Below, piece by piece: positions 16,820 to 25,369 of a stretch of DNA of 58,501 nucleotides. Each line of letters starts with the position of its first letter. The first letter of the stretch is position 1. Source of the DNA: a virus; IMG/VR virus record IMGVR_UViG_3300045988_026548, positions 1 to 58,501 of that record; one strand, given 5' to 3'. The position numbers were made by a program, and so were the translations under genes. Below the pieces are notes generated by a model. That model searched no databases and was not told the DNA's origin. It was given only the letters and a program-made list of their open reading frames with translations.

Positions 16820-17665
16820 ATGCTGGAGACTTGCTGTATGATAGCTATTGTCGCAATCGTTATATTTTTTTATTTGATAGCGGTTCTATCAAAACGAAGT
16901 GATGAAGATGCGCTTGTAGATATTGATTTCACAAAAATTGACGAGATGGAAGGTCACAGATTTGAGTATTTTATCGCAAAAGTTCTCAGGGAAAACGGAT
17001 TCAAGAATGTTAATGTCACAAAAGCGAGCGGAGACTACGGAGTTGATATAACTGCGAATAAAGACAGCCAAAAATGGGCTTTTCAATGTAAACGGTACAG
17101 CTCAAACTTAGGACTGAAACCAATTCAAGAGATTTATGCTGGCGCAAAGAAATATGGCGCAGATAAAGCCGTTGTGTTCACAAATGTTTATTTTACTCCA
17201 AATGCGCAAACGCTGGCTAAAACGTTAAATGTTGAACTGTGGGACAGGGATTCACTCGCAAGAATGATAGGAAAAGACCCTGAAACAAAACAATCAATAG
17301 AAGCCGATATGGAAGAAGACCAAACCAAGCCGGAACAACGACAAAAGAAAATTCGTGATAATGGAGTTCCTTTGAAGCTGGAAAAGAATCAAATCCCTAC
17401 CGGCGATTATATTGTTGGTAAGGATATACCAGTTGGTGTATACAATTTTAAGTGGGTGTTCGGGGCTGGTTCATTTCAAAAGTATAAAGAAGAAGGAAAC
17501 ACAACGCTTGGCGCTTGTACATATTTTGAACACGTTGGCGTTCAGTACGATTATGAGTATAGCCAGCTTATCAATGTAAATTGTAAAGATGGCGAGTGGA
17601 TTAAAATTAACGGAAACTTGGTTCTTAGTATAGAAAAGTCCGAAAAGTCTGTTATTGACCTATAA
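16820..17665 (+). CDS. Membrane-anchored Mrr-cat restriction-endonuclease-domain protein
   Basis: N-terminal TM helix; GHRFEYFIAKVLRENGF...SGDYGVDITA...WAFQCKRY...VVFTNVYFT is the Mrr_cat pattern; alternative start 16838. Confidence 0.8.
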   Translation: MLETCCMIAIVAIVIFFYLIAVLSKRSDEDALVDIDFTKIDEMEGHRFEYFIAKVLRENGFKNVNVTKASGDYGVDITANKDSQKWAFQCKRYSSNLGLKPIQEIYAGAKKYGADKAVVFTNVYFTPNAQTLAKTLNVELWDRDSLARMIGKDPETKQSIEADMEEDQTKPEQRQKKIRDNGVPLKLEKNQIPTGDYIVGKDIPVGVYNFKWVFGAGSFQKYKEEGNTTLGACTYFEHVGVQYDYEYSQLINVNCKDGEWIKINGNLVLSIEKSEKSVIDL

Positions 17666-17669
17666 CACA

Positions 17670-17708
17670 AAAAGCCAGCGGTTAGAGAACATCTAGCTGC
17701 TGGCTTTT
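17670..17708. terminator. Bidirectional terminator between convergent genes
   Basis: aaaagccagc...gctggctttt with flanking A/T runs. Confidence 0.65.
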
Positions 17709-17720
17709 CTTATTGGTTGT

Positions 17721-18011
17721 TTACTTCACGATTTCACCGTGATAGGGATGGTACTCAACATTTGGCAAGGGCATCCAATACTTCACATCGTGCATGATGC
17801 ACTTGTTGCCCCGGAGCAGAACCGGCTCGATCTCGCCGTTTTCGTCCGGTTCAAAGGAAAGCTGACCGCTATCGACAACCTTTCCGTCACAAGCGATAAC
17901 AGGTTCGTGGACGCACTCGCCGTAGTCAACGGTGCGCCAGAGCTTCAGCATGGCCTCGAAAGCGTAGTTGAGGTATTCCCCCATATCCTGAATCTTATCT
18001 GCGGTAGGCAT
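17721..18011 (-). CDS. DUF551-like protein
   Basis: gaaaggagaacaactATG RBS; C-terminal KYWMPLPNVEY. Confidence 0.6.
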   Translation of the reverse strand: MPTADKIQDMGEYLNYAFEAMLKLWRTVDYGECVHEPVIACDGKVVDSGQLSFEPDENGEIEPVLLRGNKCIMHDVKYWMPLPNVEYHPYHGEIVK

Positions 18012-18024
18012 AGTTGTTCTCCTT

Positions 18025-18768
18025 TCACATGGGCATCTGAGTCTGACCGTTTGTGACCTGAACCAACATAACGGAGTTTGCGCACGGTCTCCACTTCTTG
18101 ATGTACTCGACAGCTTCATCGAACCGCTTCTTTGGCACGTTGTTTCGGCTGTTCACATTGAACCAGTCTTGAATGTCCCGGTTGCATTCCATGAACAGCT
18201 TCTGAGAAACGCTGCGGCTCTTGTAGGCCGGGCTGTCCATACCGCCAAGAGCGTTGATGACCACCGTGTTCACGACACGCTTCAATACACGCTGCTGGTT
18301 GTAGTCGATGGTCATAGTGTTCTCAAGAGCGGAAATGCGCTGCTCCTGCTTCATAGTGCGCTGGTCAATCACAAGGATTGCTTGCAGTTCCTTAGAAAGC
18401 CCTGCAAACTGGTTGACGGACGCGTTCTTTTCAAGGTCAATCAGCTTCTGGCGAATCTCCATGCCCTGCGGCGTCCGCTGAATCATCGCAATGTGCTTTG
18501 CCATGTCCAGATTGATGATGTGGTCGATTTGCTTTTGCGGCATTTTACGCCCATCTTCACGGGTGACATTTTTGACATCCGTGAAATAATCCGTTCCATC
18601 GACAAATCCGTATTCACACATTCTTGCAAACCAATGTGTGTAATCGGTCTTAATTTTCAGCCTTTCGTACAACTCCCTACCCAGCACTACTTTTTCGCCA
18701 GTGTCGGTGTCGTACACGGGGATAACATCTTCGGAGAAGATTCGGATGGTTTCAAGATTATTATTCAT
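18025..18768 (-). CDS. Phage antirepressor (AntA/ORF6N-type N-terminus, ORF6C-like C-terminus)
   Basis: IRIFSEDVIPVYDTDTGEKVVLGRELYERLKIKTDYTHWFARMCEYGFVDGTDY is antirepressor-like. Confidence 0.75.
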   Translation of the reverse strand: MNNNLETIRIFSEDVIPVYDTDTGEKVVLGRELYERLKIKTDYTHWFARMCEYGFVDGTDYFTDVKNVTREDGRKMPQKQIDHIINLDMAKHIAMIQRTPQGMEIRQKLIDLEKNASVNQFAGLSKELQAILVIDQRTMKQEQRISALENTMTIDYNQQRVLKRVVNTVVINALGGMDSPAYKSRSVSQKLFMECNRDIQDWFNVNSRNNVPKKRFDEAVEYIKKWRPCANSVMLVQVTNGQTQMPM

Positions 18769-18891
18769 AGAAATTTGACCTTTCTATCTTGCGAGAGTAG
18801 GCCATCTTTGGTATAATAACCCAAAGAGGGTCTATACTCTCTGAGTGTTTCATAAGACGTTCGCTGTGGTCGCCAAACTTTAGCGAGCGTC

Positions 18892-19065
18892 TTATTCTTT
18901 TTCATCGGTCTCCGGGATGGGATGCAGCGTAAAGAACGCATCTCGAAGCGCAAAGGACAACGATACACACTTCTTGATACAATACGCTTGCAAATGTTCA
19001 AACTGCTTGTCAGTCATACTGATTGTCAGCGTTCGCTTGAACCGCTCGGCGTAAGGGCTACTCAT
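18892..19065 (-). CDS. Ribbon-helix-helix (CopG/Arc-like) protein, 57 aa, not in the ORF track
   Basis: aaggaggtgaatagacATG RBS; MSSPYAERFKRTLTISMTDKQFEHLQAYCIKKCVSLSFALRDAFF fits strand-helix-helix. Confidence 0.6.
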   Translation of the reverse strand: MSSPYAERFKRTLTISMTDKQFEHLQAYCIKKCVSLSFALRDAFFTLHPIPETDEKE

Positions 19066-19195
19066 GTCTATTCACCTCCTTTCATTTGCTGGTGATGTTA
19101 GTATAACCTTATTTTGTGTTAAGTCAAGGAATGAAACACCGGATGTAGTACTGCTATCTGTACTATTCTCTGGATTTCTACGTTTTGCACAAAAC

Positions 19196-19354
19196 TCAGC
19201 TCTTATTTTTGGCCGCTCCCGCTTCGTACCCTGCCCGGTAGTTCAGTTCGGACAGCTTGCCAAGCGCTTCTGCGTACTCCCTGTCCTCGCTGGTCGGCTC
19301 TTTGCCGTGTGCAAGGGTTTCCAGAAATTCTTCGGTTGTCGTGGGAAAGTTCAT
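19196..19354 (-). CDS. Small hypothetical protein (52 aa)
   Basis: gaaaggagcaaaaaacATG RBS; MNFPTTTEEFLETLAHGKEPTSEDREYAEALGKLSELNYRAGYEAGAAKNKS. Confidence 0.5.
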   Translation of the reverse strand: MNFPTTTEEFLETLAHGKEPTSEDREYAEALGKLSELNYRAGYEAGAAKNKS

Positions 19355-19646
19355 GTTTTTTGCTCCTTTCTATTGCAGAAGCGGTCTGCTTCTGCTATAA
19401 TAATTGACAGAAACCGAGACTGCGCCCTTGGTTGCGCAGCTTCTGTTTTGTGGTGGAATAGGTCATCAGTGCAACTTTGGTCTGTGGTGCTGATGGCCTA
19501 TTTTTTATGCCACAAAGGATAAATCTACCGTTGTTGGCTGATTCATCGTGCGTTCTGCTGTCTTAGATTATAGACGCTTGGTATATAGTTGTCAACAGCC
19601 CAATTTGTATAATCTGCATCAGATATTTCTGATTTTTTACTCATTC

Positions 19647-19664
19647 TAACGTAAATTTACGTTA
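19647..19664. promoter_or_regulatory. Perfect 18-bp palindrome TAACGTAAATTTACGTTA
   Basis: Read directly; lies 230 bp upstream of the serine recombinase; related half-sites (cgtaaacgg, ttcgtaagg) nearby. Confidence 0.7.
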
Positions 19665-19840
19665 TTTGATAGCACTTTCGTAAACGGATTAGTTTACCCT
19701 AGTGATAGTAACTTGAAAATTATTTTTCGATAATTCGTAAGGCTGGCATTCGAGTATACAGTTTGTAAAGCAACGAAAAAGTTTACAGCCGTTTGGCCAC
19801 CCTATTGACAGTAAAAAGCTAAAAATACGCAAACTTTCTC

Positions 19841-19869
19841 TTGACGATTAAACGTACATAGTGTATAAT
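19841..19869 (+). promoter_or_regulatory. Consensus-like promoter of the recombinase gene with a 12-mer operator
   Basis: TTGACG-17 nt-TATAAT; GATTAAACGTAC at 19846-19857. Confidence 0.7.
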
Positions 19870-19895
19870 AGGGTCAAGAAAGAGAGCTGGTAAAA

Positions 19896-20642
19896 ATGAA
19901 GAATGTAGCTGCGTATGTCAGAGTTTCCACGGATGGGCAATGTGGCGAAGATAAATTCGGAATGGAATCCCAGAAAGAGCAAATCGAAGAATACTGCCGC
20001 AAGAATGATATGAATATAATCAAGTGGTTTACTGATGCTGGCGAATCTGGCGCAAAGGAAAGGCCGGGATTTGACAGTATCGTGTATGGCGATGTTTCCA
20101 ATCCTCCGTATGAAGCGGTTGTTGTTGCAAAAAGCGATCGAGTTGCAAGAGACATCAACGTTTATTATTATTACAAGATGCTTCTGCTCAAAAAAGAGAT
20201 TTCTCTTATTAGCGTTGCGGAAGATTTTGGGAAAATGGGAGTTTTTTCTACAATGCTTGAAGCATTTACCCTTTGCTGTGCTCAAATGGAGCGTGAGAAC
20301 ATCACGAAAAGGACTTCTAGCGGCAGAGCCATTAAGGCTGCAAGTGGCGGCTATAGTGGTGGCAAGGCTCCTATGGGGTACGAGGTTAAGGATGGTGAAC
20401 TTTCAATCAAAGAAGATGAAGCGATAATTGTTCGGCGTGCTTTTGAATTGCGTGATGCTGGCAATACAATTCGTGGCGTAGCAGACAGATTGAATGAAGA
20501 AGGCTACTGCGGCAGAAACGGAAAGCCGTTTACCTCTAGCACAATTCAATCTATCCTTGGGAACAGAAAGACTTATGAGGGCTATTACCGCTACGGAAAA
20601 AATGATGAATGGGTAAAAGGAAAGCAGGAACCTATTTTGTAA
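19896..20642 (+). CDS. Serine recombinase (resolvase domain plus partial recombinase domain; no zinc-ribbon or coiled-coil)
   Basis: AAYVRVSTDGQ catalytic Ser motif; C-terminal IVRRAFEL...GNTIRGVADRLNEEGY...FTSSTIQSILGNRKTYEGYY is recombinase-domain-like; only 248 aa. Confidence 0.85.
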   Translation: MKNVAAYVRVSTDGQCGEDKFGMESQKEQIEEYCRKNDMNIIKWFTDAGESGAKERPGFDSIVYGDVSNPPYEAVVVAKSDRVARDINVYYYYKMLLLKKEISLISVAEDFGKMGVFSTMLEAFTLCCAQMERENITKRTSSGRAIKAASGGYSGGKAPMGYEVKDGELSIKEDEAIIVRRAFELRDAGNTIRGVADRLNEEGYCGRNGKPFTSSTIQSILGNRKTYEGYYRYGKNDEWVKGKQEPIL

Positions 20643-20662
20643 AAAATACGGAGGATATTTTT

Positions 20663-20851
20663 ATGATTGAAAAGAAGGTTGAAGATTCAACTGCTTGCAA
20701 TGCGTTTATGAAGAACGCAACTGCTGTAATTCTTGAGTATGTGCTTGAAGTTGGAATTGATAAAGCCGTTGAAGATTGCGTTAAAGATAGTGAAATTGTT
20801 CGTTGCTTTCCTCATCTTGAATCCTATGCAAAGGAACACGGATTTATCTAA
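20663..20851 (+). CDS. Hypothetical protein
   Basis: acggaggatatttttATG RBS. Confidence 0.5.
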   Translation: MIEKKVEDSTACNAFMKNATAVILEYVLEVGIDKAVEDCVKDSEIVRCFPHLESYAKEHGFI

Positions 20852-20939
20852 CCCGCCAGACATGGTATCGGATTGCTGAACAGAACAGATGACAGTGTTC
20901 GTGAACTAGAATAAAACCGAATGAGAAAGGAAAAGCGAC

Positions 20940-21101
20940 ATGAAAACCGTAAAATTGTCAGAACAGAGTTTGAAACTCATTGAAACGCTGTGCGATTATA
21001 CCGACAAGCCCGATATTCTCAATGCCGTCGCAGACGCTTTGTACTACGATGCAGACGAGCTGAAACGCAGACTCAACCAGCTTGCAGAAGAAGTTAAATA
21101 A
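20940..21101 (+). CDS. Small hypothetical protein (53 aa)
   Basis: Hand translation MKTVKLSEQSLKLIETLCDYTDKPDILNAVADALYYDADELKRRLNQLAEEVK. Confidence 0.4.
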   Translation: MKTVKLSEQSLKLIETLCDYTDKPDILNAVADALYYDADELKRRLNQLAEEVK

Positions 21102-21233
21102 ACTGTTCAACCCATTTATTAAGATTGATTTTAGTAAATGATTTTCTGAAGTGAAATTATAAAACCGAATATTTGATTTTTGTGCAGTTGTAGGCACTCT
21201 TTACATTTTTAGGTAGGGGGTGCCTATTTTTTT

Positions 21234-22898
21234 ATGCAGCCAAAGCAGTGTATCGCCATCATCGACAGCATCAAAGCGTATGCAAAGCAGAATCCGACCG
21301 AAGCGCAGGTTTATGAGGACTGGTTTCAGGCGGTGGTGAACCTAAGAGATGCCATGCCGCAGGACAAGCGGTTCGATGCCTACAAATACTCTGGTGAGCT
21401 ACGTTCTGTCTGTGCAGTCATGATGGGCAAGATGAAAACAGGTGAGGACGTGGCGAAAGTCTATGACATTATCGGCCGGACGTACCTGTTTGAAGCAAAG
21501 GATGTGTTTGACAGCTATTGCATCTACCTTGAATGGAATCGTGCGCCGGAAAAGAAGTTCTATCAGCCGAGAAGAAAGGTGTTGAGAACCGTTGCGAACG
21601 CCCTGCAAGACCTTGCGGATGACAGACTGGATTTGCTGGCGATCTCGATGCCCCCCGGCTGTGGTAAGACGGCTCTAGCTATTTTCTATTTGACATGGCT
21701 TGCCGGAAGAAACCCTGACGAACCTATGCTCACAGGCTCTCACTCGAACAGCTTTGTGCGTGGCGTTTATGACGAATGTTTGCGTATATTCGACAAGGAC
21801 GGAGAGTATCTGTGGAACGATGTTTTCCCGGACGTCATTGTGTCGAACACAAATGCGAAGGATTGCCGCATTGACTTAGGCAAGAGAAAGCGTTTTGAAA
21901 CTCTTGAATTTACGTCTATTGGCACTGGTAATGCTGGTTTGTACCGCGCATCTACGCTTCTTTACTGCGATGACCTTGTATCCGGTATCGAAGTGGCACT
22001 TTCCAAACCCCGCCTTGATAAGCTGTGGGAAACGTACACTACCGACCTTAGACAGCGTAAAATCGGCAACAAGTGCAAGGAACTGCATATTGCTACACGC
22101 TGGTCTGTCCATGATGTTATCGGACGATTAGAGCAAAACTACGGCGATTCCGACAGGAACAGATTCATTGTTATGCCAGCAATGAACGAAAAAGACGAAT
22201 CCAACTTCGATTATGACTACGGTGTAGGATATAGCACAGAAACGCTCCGCAAGCAACGCGAAGTCATGGATGAAATGAGTTGGAAAGCACTGTACATGAA
22301 CCAACCTGTTGAGCGTGAAGGTTTGCTGTTTCCTGCCGATGAACTGCGGTATTTCAACGGTGTTTTGCCTGATGGTGAGCCTGATCGCAAGCTTATGGTC
22401 ATGGATATTGCATGGGGCGGTGGTGACTTCACGGCTTGTCCTATCGCCTATGTGTACGGCGATGCTGTGTTCATCCCAGACCTTGTGTTCAATAACGGCG
22501 ATAAGACCGTGACTAGGCCGGAAGTTGTGGGCAAAATCATCCAGCATAAAATCAATGTAGTGCGTGGCGAAGCCAACAACGGCGGTGACGAATATTGCGA
22601 TGTGGTAGACAGCCAGCTTCGGCAGCAGGGTTATCACTGCTCTGTCCGCAGCCAACGTGCGCCAAGTGGTCAAAGCAAGCTGTCAAGAATCATCCAGTAT
22701 GCGCCTGATATCAAACGGTTCTATTTCCTTGACGAAAAGCACCAGTCGAAAGAGTACAAGGCATTCATGGAACAGGTGACGATGTTCACGCAGCTTGGCA
22801 AAGTTCCGCACGATGATGCACCGGATAGTTTGGCTCAGCTTGCCGATGAACTGTACAACGGAATCAGTAAAATCGAGCCTGTCAAGAGGCCTTTTTGA
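21234..22898 (+). CDS. terL: Terminase large subunit
   Basis: Walker A ISMPPGCGKT; C-terminal nuclease-like region; portal and capsid genes follow. Confidence 0.85.
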   Translation: MQPKQCIAIIDSIKAYAKQNPTEAQVYEDWFQAVVNLRDAMPQDKRFDAYKYSGELRSVCAVMMGKMKTGEDVAKVYDIIGRTYLFEAKDVFDSYCIYLEWNRAPEKKFYQPRRKVLRTVANALQDLADDRLDLLAISMPPGCGKTALAIFYLTWLAGRNPDEPMLTGSHSNSFVRGVYDECLRIFDKDGEYLWNDVFPDVIVSNTNAKDCRIDLGKRKRFETLEFTSIGTGNAGLYRASTLLYCDDLVSGIEVALSKPRLDKLWETYTTDLRQRKIGNKCKELHIATRWSVHDVIGRLEQNYGDSDRNRFIVMPAMNEKDESNFDYDYGVGYSTETLRKQREVMDEMSWKALYMNQPVEREGLLFPADELRYFNGVLPDGEPDRKLMVMDIAWGGGDFTACPIAYVYGDAVFIPDLVFNNGDKTVTRPEVVGKIIQHKINVVRGEANNGGDEYCDVVDSQLRQQGYHCSVRSQRAPSGQSKLSRIIQYAPDIKRFYFLDEKHQSKEYKAFMEQVTMFTQLGKVPHDDAPDSLAQLADELYNGISKIEPVKRPF

Positions 22899-23112
22899 TT
22901 AAAAACACAATATATTGTGTTCGCTGGGTCTATTTATTTGATTTCACCACTTGACAAGGCTTATAATGTACGCAGGAAGTTTTGCAGCTTCCCTTAAAGG
23001 AATAGCTTGCACGCGGGGTTTTGTCATTTTACTCGCGTGCGTGTCAACAAGCATATTCCTCCTTTCACCGGTGAAGGTTTTCTCACTCTTTCACCTTCAC
23101 CGGGCTTTATAT

Positions 23113-23193
23113 GTTGCGTTTCCAATTGTAAGGGGAATGCCAGTCTGCCTCCCCCATGGCTGGCAAGCAACGGTTCGATTCCGTTACGCAGCA
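23113..23193 (+). ncRNA. tRNA-like element (acceptor and T-arm canonical; 13-nt anticodon loop; possible pseudo-tRNA)
   Basis: GTTGCGT/ACGCAGC acceptor, AACGG-TTCGATT-CCGTT T-arm, ttcc/ggaa D-stem, CCAGT/GCTGG stem enclosing ctgcctcccccat. Confidence 0.4.
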
Positions 23194-23320
23194 CAACCAA
23201 CTACCTAGCTTTGCATGGCTTTATTCTCCAAAACCTCCATCGCTATTCCCGGCTCTCGATGTAATGTTTAGGCATGACATTGCAAAGAGCAGCGGTTAAC
23301 CAATCAAGCCGGGTTTCTAT

Positions 23321-23398
23321 GTTGCATTAGCTCAGTCAGGCTAGAGCACCCGGCTCATAACCGGACATACATTGGTTCAAATCCATTATGCAGCACCA
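23321..23398 (+). tRNA. tRNA-Met(CAU): tRNA with CAT anticodon (Met, or Ile2/fMet type), CCA encoded
   Basis: Hand-folded cloverleaf: GTTGCAT/ATGCAGC acceptor, GCTC/GAGC D-stem, loop CTCATAA, T-loop TTCAAAT, 3' ACCA; one mismatch each in the anticodon and T stems. Confidence 0.75.
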
Positions 23399-23400
23399 AA

Positions 23401-23460
23401 ATTGCAGCCGACCCGTTGACTGTCCGTCAAACTGAATGTAAAGGCTGCAATGGTTTTCTT
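23401..23460 (+). terminator. Stem-loop terminator after the tRNA
   Basis: attgcagcc...ggctgcaat 9-bp stem followed by ggttttctt. Confidence 0.45.
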
Positions 23461-23564
23461 CGGGCGAAGAATAGCACGGCTGGAAGTGCGAACAGTTTCC
23501 CAGTAGCTTCTGACAGGTCTGTGCTCAACAGCCTGTTTCCAGAAATCAAACGAAAGGAGCACAG

Positions 23565-23753
23565 ATGGTAGCGAAAGTCAGGTGCAAGCGTCCTCGAAAA
23601 GACGCAAACGGTAATCCTTGCGATTGTGGGCGTTATCTTGGCGAAGTAGAAGGTAAGTTCTCCCTTCTGTGTCCTCTTTGCCATTGGATTACAATTGGAG
23701 ATTCCAACCTTCCAAAAGATACATGGGTCTCCGTACCAAAGTTTAAGAACTGA
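23565..23753 (+). CDS. Small zinc-ribbon protein
   Basis: aaaggagcacagATG RBS; CDCG...CPLC. Confidence 0.5.
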   Translation: MVAKVRCKRPRKDANGNPCDCGRYLGEVEGKFSLLCPLCHWITIGDSNLPKDTWVSVPKFKN

Positions 23754-23845
23754 ATAGCTTTTGAAGCGCAGTTGTAAGCGCAGTGAGATAAACCTTAACA
23801 GGTTTGTCTTGCTGCGCTTTTTATTTTGCCAGAAAGGAGGAACAC

Positions 23846-25369
23846 ATGGCTGAGTATCAGATAGTTGTTGACGGCTTTTTGAATAATCCACTGACCGGAC
23901 GTAGACCGATTGAAACGCCGGAGACAGAAATCAATCGGGCAAACGTGCTGAAAGTGGTCATGGGCAAGGCAGAGCCTATTCATCTGCTGAACAAGAACGA
24001 GATTCGTTTTCTGCATAACTACTACTTGGGCAGTCAGCCTGTCCTCCATCGCACGAAGGAATATCACGCTGAAATAACCAACCGTATTGTAGAGAACCAT
24101 GCCAACGAATGCGTAGGCTTCTACACCGGCTACATGAGCGGCACTCCTTGCTCTTATGTGCGGTCTGAAACTGCAACTGGTGACGGTGAGGAAATCGCCC
24201 GCCTGTCCAACGCCTTGCAGTATGAGGGCAAGGATGCGCTTGATCGGCGGCTCTGGCAGTGGATGTTGGAGTGCGGACAGGGATACCGCATTGTTCTTCC
24301 CGACAAGGGGTACAACGGCAACTACCCGGACGAAACGCCCCTGTTGGTGGATGTTCCAGACCCGGATATGGCGTATGTGATTTACAACTCCGGCATCGGA
24401 CACAAGCCCATCGCCAACGTGCTGCACATCCCACGCAATTATCAGAATGACCTGAACGACCTGATTTGCGTGTATACGTCAAACCAGTACTTTGAAATCG
24501 ACAACGGCAAGGTTACGAAATCGGAGAACCATTCTCTCGGAATGTTGCCGATGGTCGAATACAAGCTGAACCCTGAGCGGATGGGCTTGTTTGAACCCGC
24601 TATCCCCGTCTTGGATGCAATTAACGACCTTGAAAGCAACCGTTTGGACGGCGTGGCACAGTTCATCCAGTCCATCATGGTGTTCACAAACTGTCTTGTG
24701 GACAAAGATGCTCTCGACCAAGTAAAAGAGCTTGGCGCAATGTGCCTGAAATCTACTTCTGGCCTGCCCGCTTCTGTTTCGCAGATTGCAAACGAGCTTG
24801 ACCAGCAGCAGAGCCAGACCCTGCTTGATTCCATGTTGAACGTGTACCGTAGTCTGACTGCCATGCCTAGTGCCACTGGCAGCGAGAACTCAACGTCTGA
24901 CAACGTGGGTGCGGTCATCGTCCGTAATGGTTGGAACCACACAGAAGCAAGGGCACAGCAGTACGAGAATATGTTCAAGTATGCTGAACGTCAGAGCCTG
25001 TCTGTGATGCTGAAAATCCTGCGTGACACGGCTGGTTCTAAGCTGATGGCAAGTGACATCAACATCAAACTGCCACGCCGCCAGTACGACAACCAGCAGA
25101 GCAAGGTTCAGATTTTTGCGCAGATGCTTAGTCAGAGCATTGACCCGCAGTTGGCGTTCACTACGCCCGGTCTGTTCCCTGACCCGCAGGCTGCTTACGA
25201 AATGAGCAAGCCCTTCCTGATTGCCGCTGGCAAGCTGGGTGAGGATGGGAAAGCGCCGAAGCCGCAGGAACAGCCTAAACAAGATGCTGCCGACACAAAT
25301 GCCGAGAACATGGCAGACAAACAGTCTATCGATACTAACCCGGAGAACGGCGATGGAATCAAACAGTGA
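23846..25369 (+). CDS. Portal protein (SPP1 gp6-like)
   Basis: gaaaggaggaacacATG RBS; about 500 aa with an acidic C-terminus, between terL and the scaffold gene. Confidence 0.8.
   Translation: MAEYQIVVDGFLNNPLTGRRPIETPETEINRANVLKVVMGKAEPIHLLNKNEIRFLHNYYLGSQPVLHRTKEYHAEITNRIVENHANECVGFYTGYMSGTPCSYVRSETATGDGEEIARLSNALQYEGKDALDRRLWQWMLECGQGYRIVLPDKGYNGNYPDETPLLVDVPDPDMAYVIYNSGIGHKPIANVLHIPRNYQNDLNDLICVYTSNQYFEIDNGKVTKSENHSLGMLPMVEYKLNPERMGLFEPAIPVLDAINDLESNRLDGVAQFIQSIMVFTNCLVDKDALDQVKELGAMCLKSTSGLPASVSQIANELDQQQSQTLLDSMLNVYRSLTAMPSATGSENSTSDNVGAVIVRNGWNHTEARAQQYENMFKYAERQSLSVMLKILRDTAGSKLMASDINIKLPRRQYDNQQSKVQIFAQMLSQSIDPQLAFTTPGLFPDPQAAYEMSKPFLIAAGKLGEDGKAPKPQEQPKQDAADTNAENMADKQSIDTNPENGDGIKQ

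Noticed and set aside
18765-19001. 78-aa minus-strand ORF from the ORF track
   Set aside because: It has no RBS and overlaps, in another frame, a 57-aa RHH ORF (18892-19065) that has a perfect aaggaggtg RBS and a recognisable fold pattern.
22951-22967. TTGACA and TATAAT hexamers that look like a perfect promoter
   Set aside because: Only 5 nt separate them, so they cannot act as a -35/-10 pair. The TATAAT is better paired with TTGATT 18 nt upstream, and even that is tentative.
22960-23193. Possibility of a phage tmRNA (3' end resembles a tRNA-like domain)
   Set aside because: The acceptor partner lies only ~60 nt upstream, giving an 81-nt cloverleaf-like unit. I could not identify a tag reading frame or pseudoknot series by eye.
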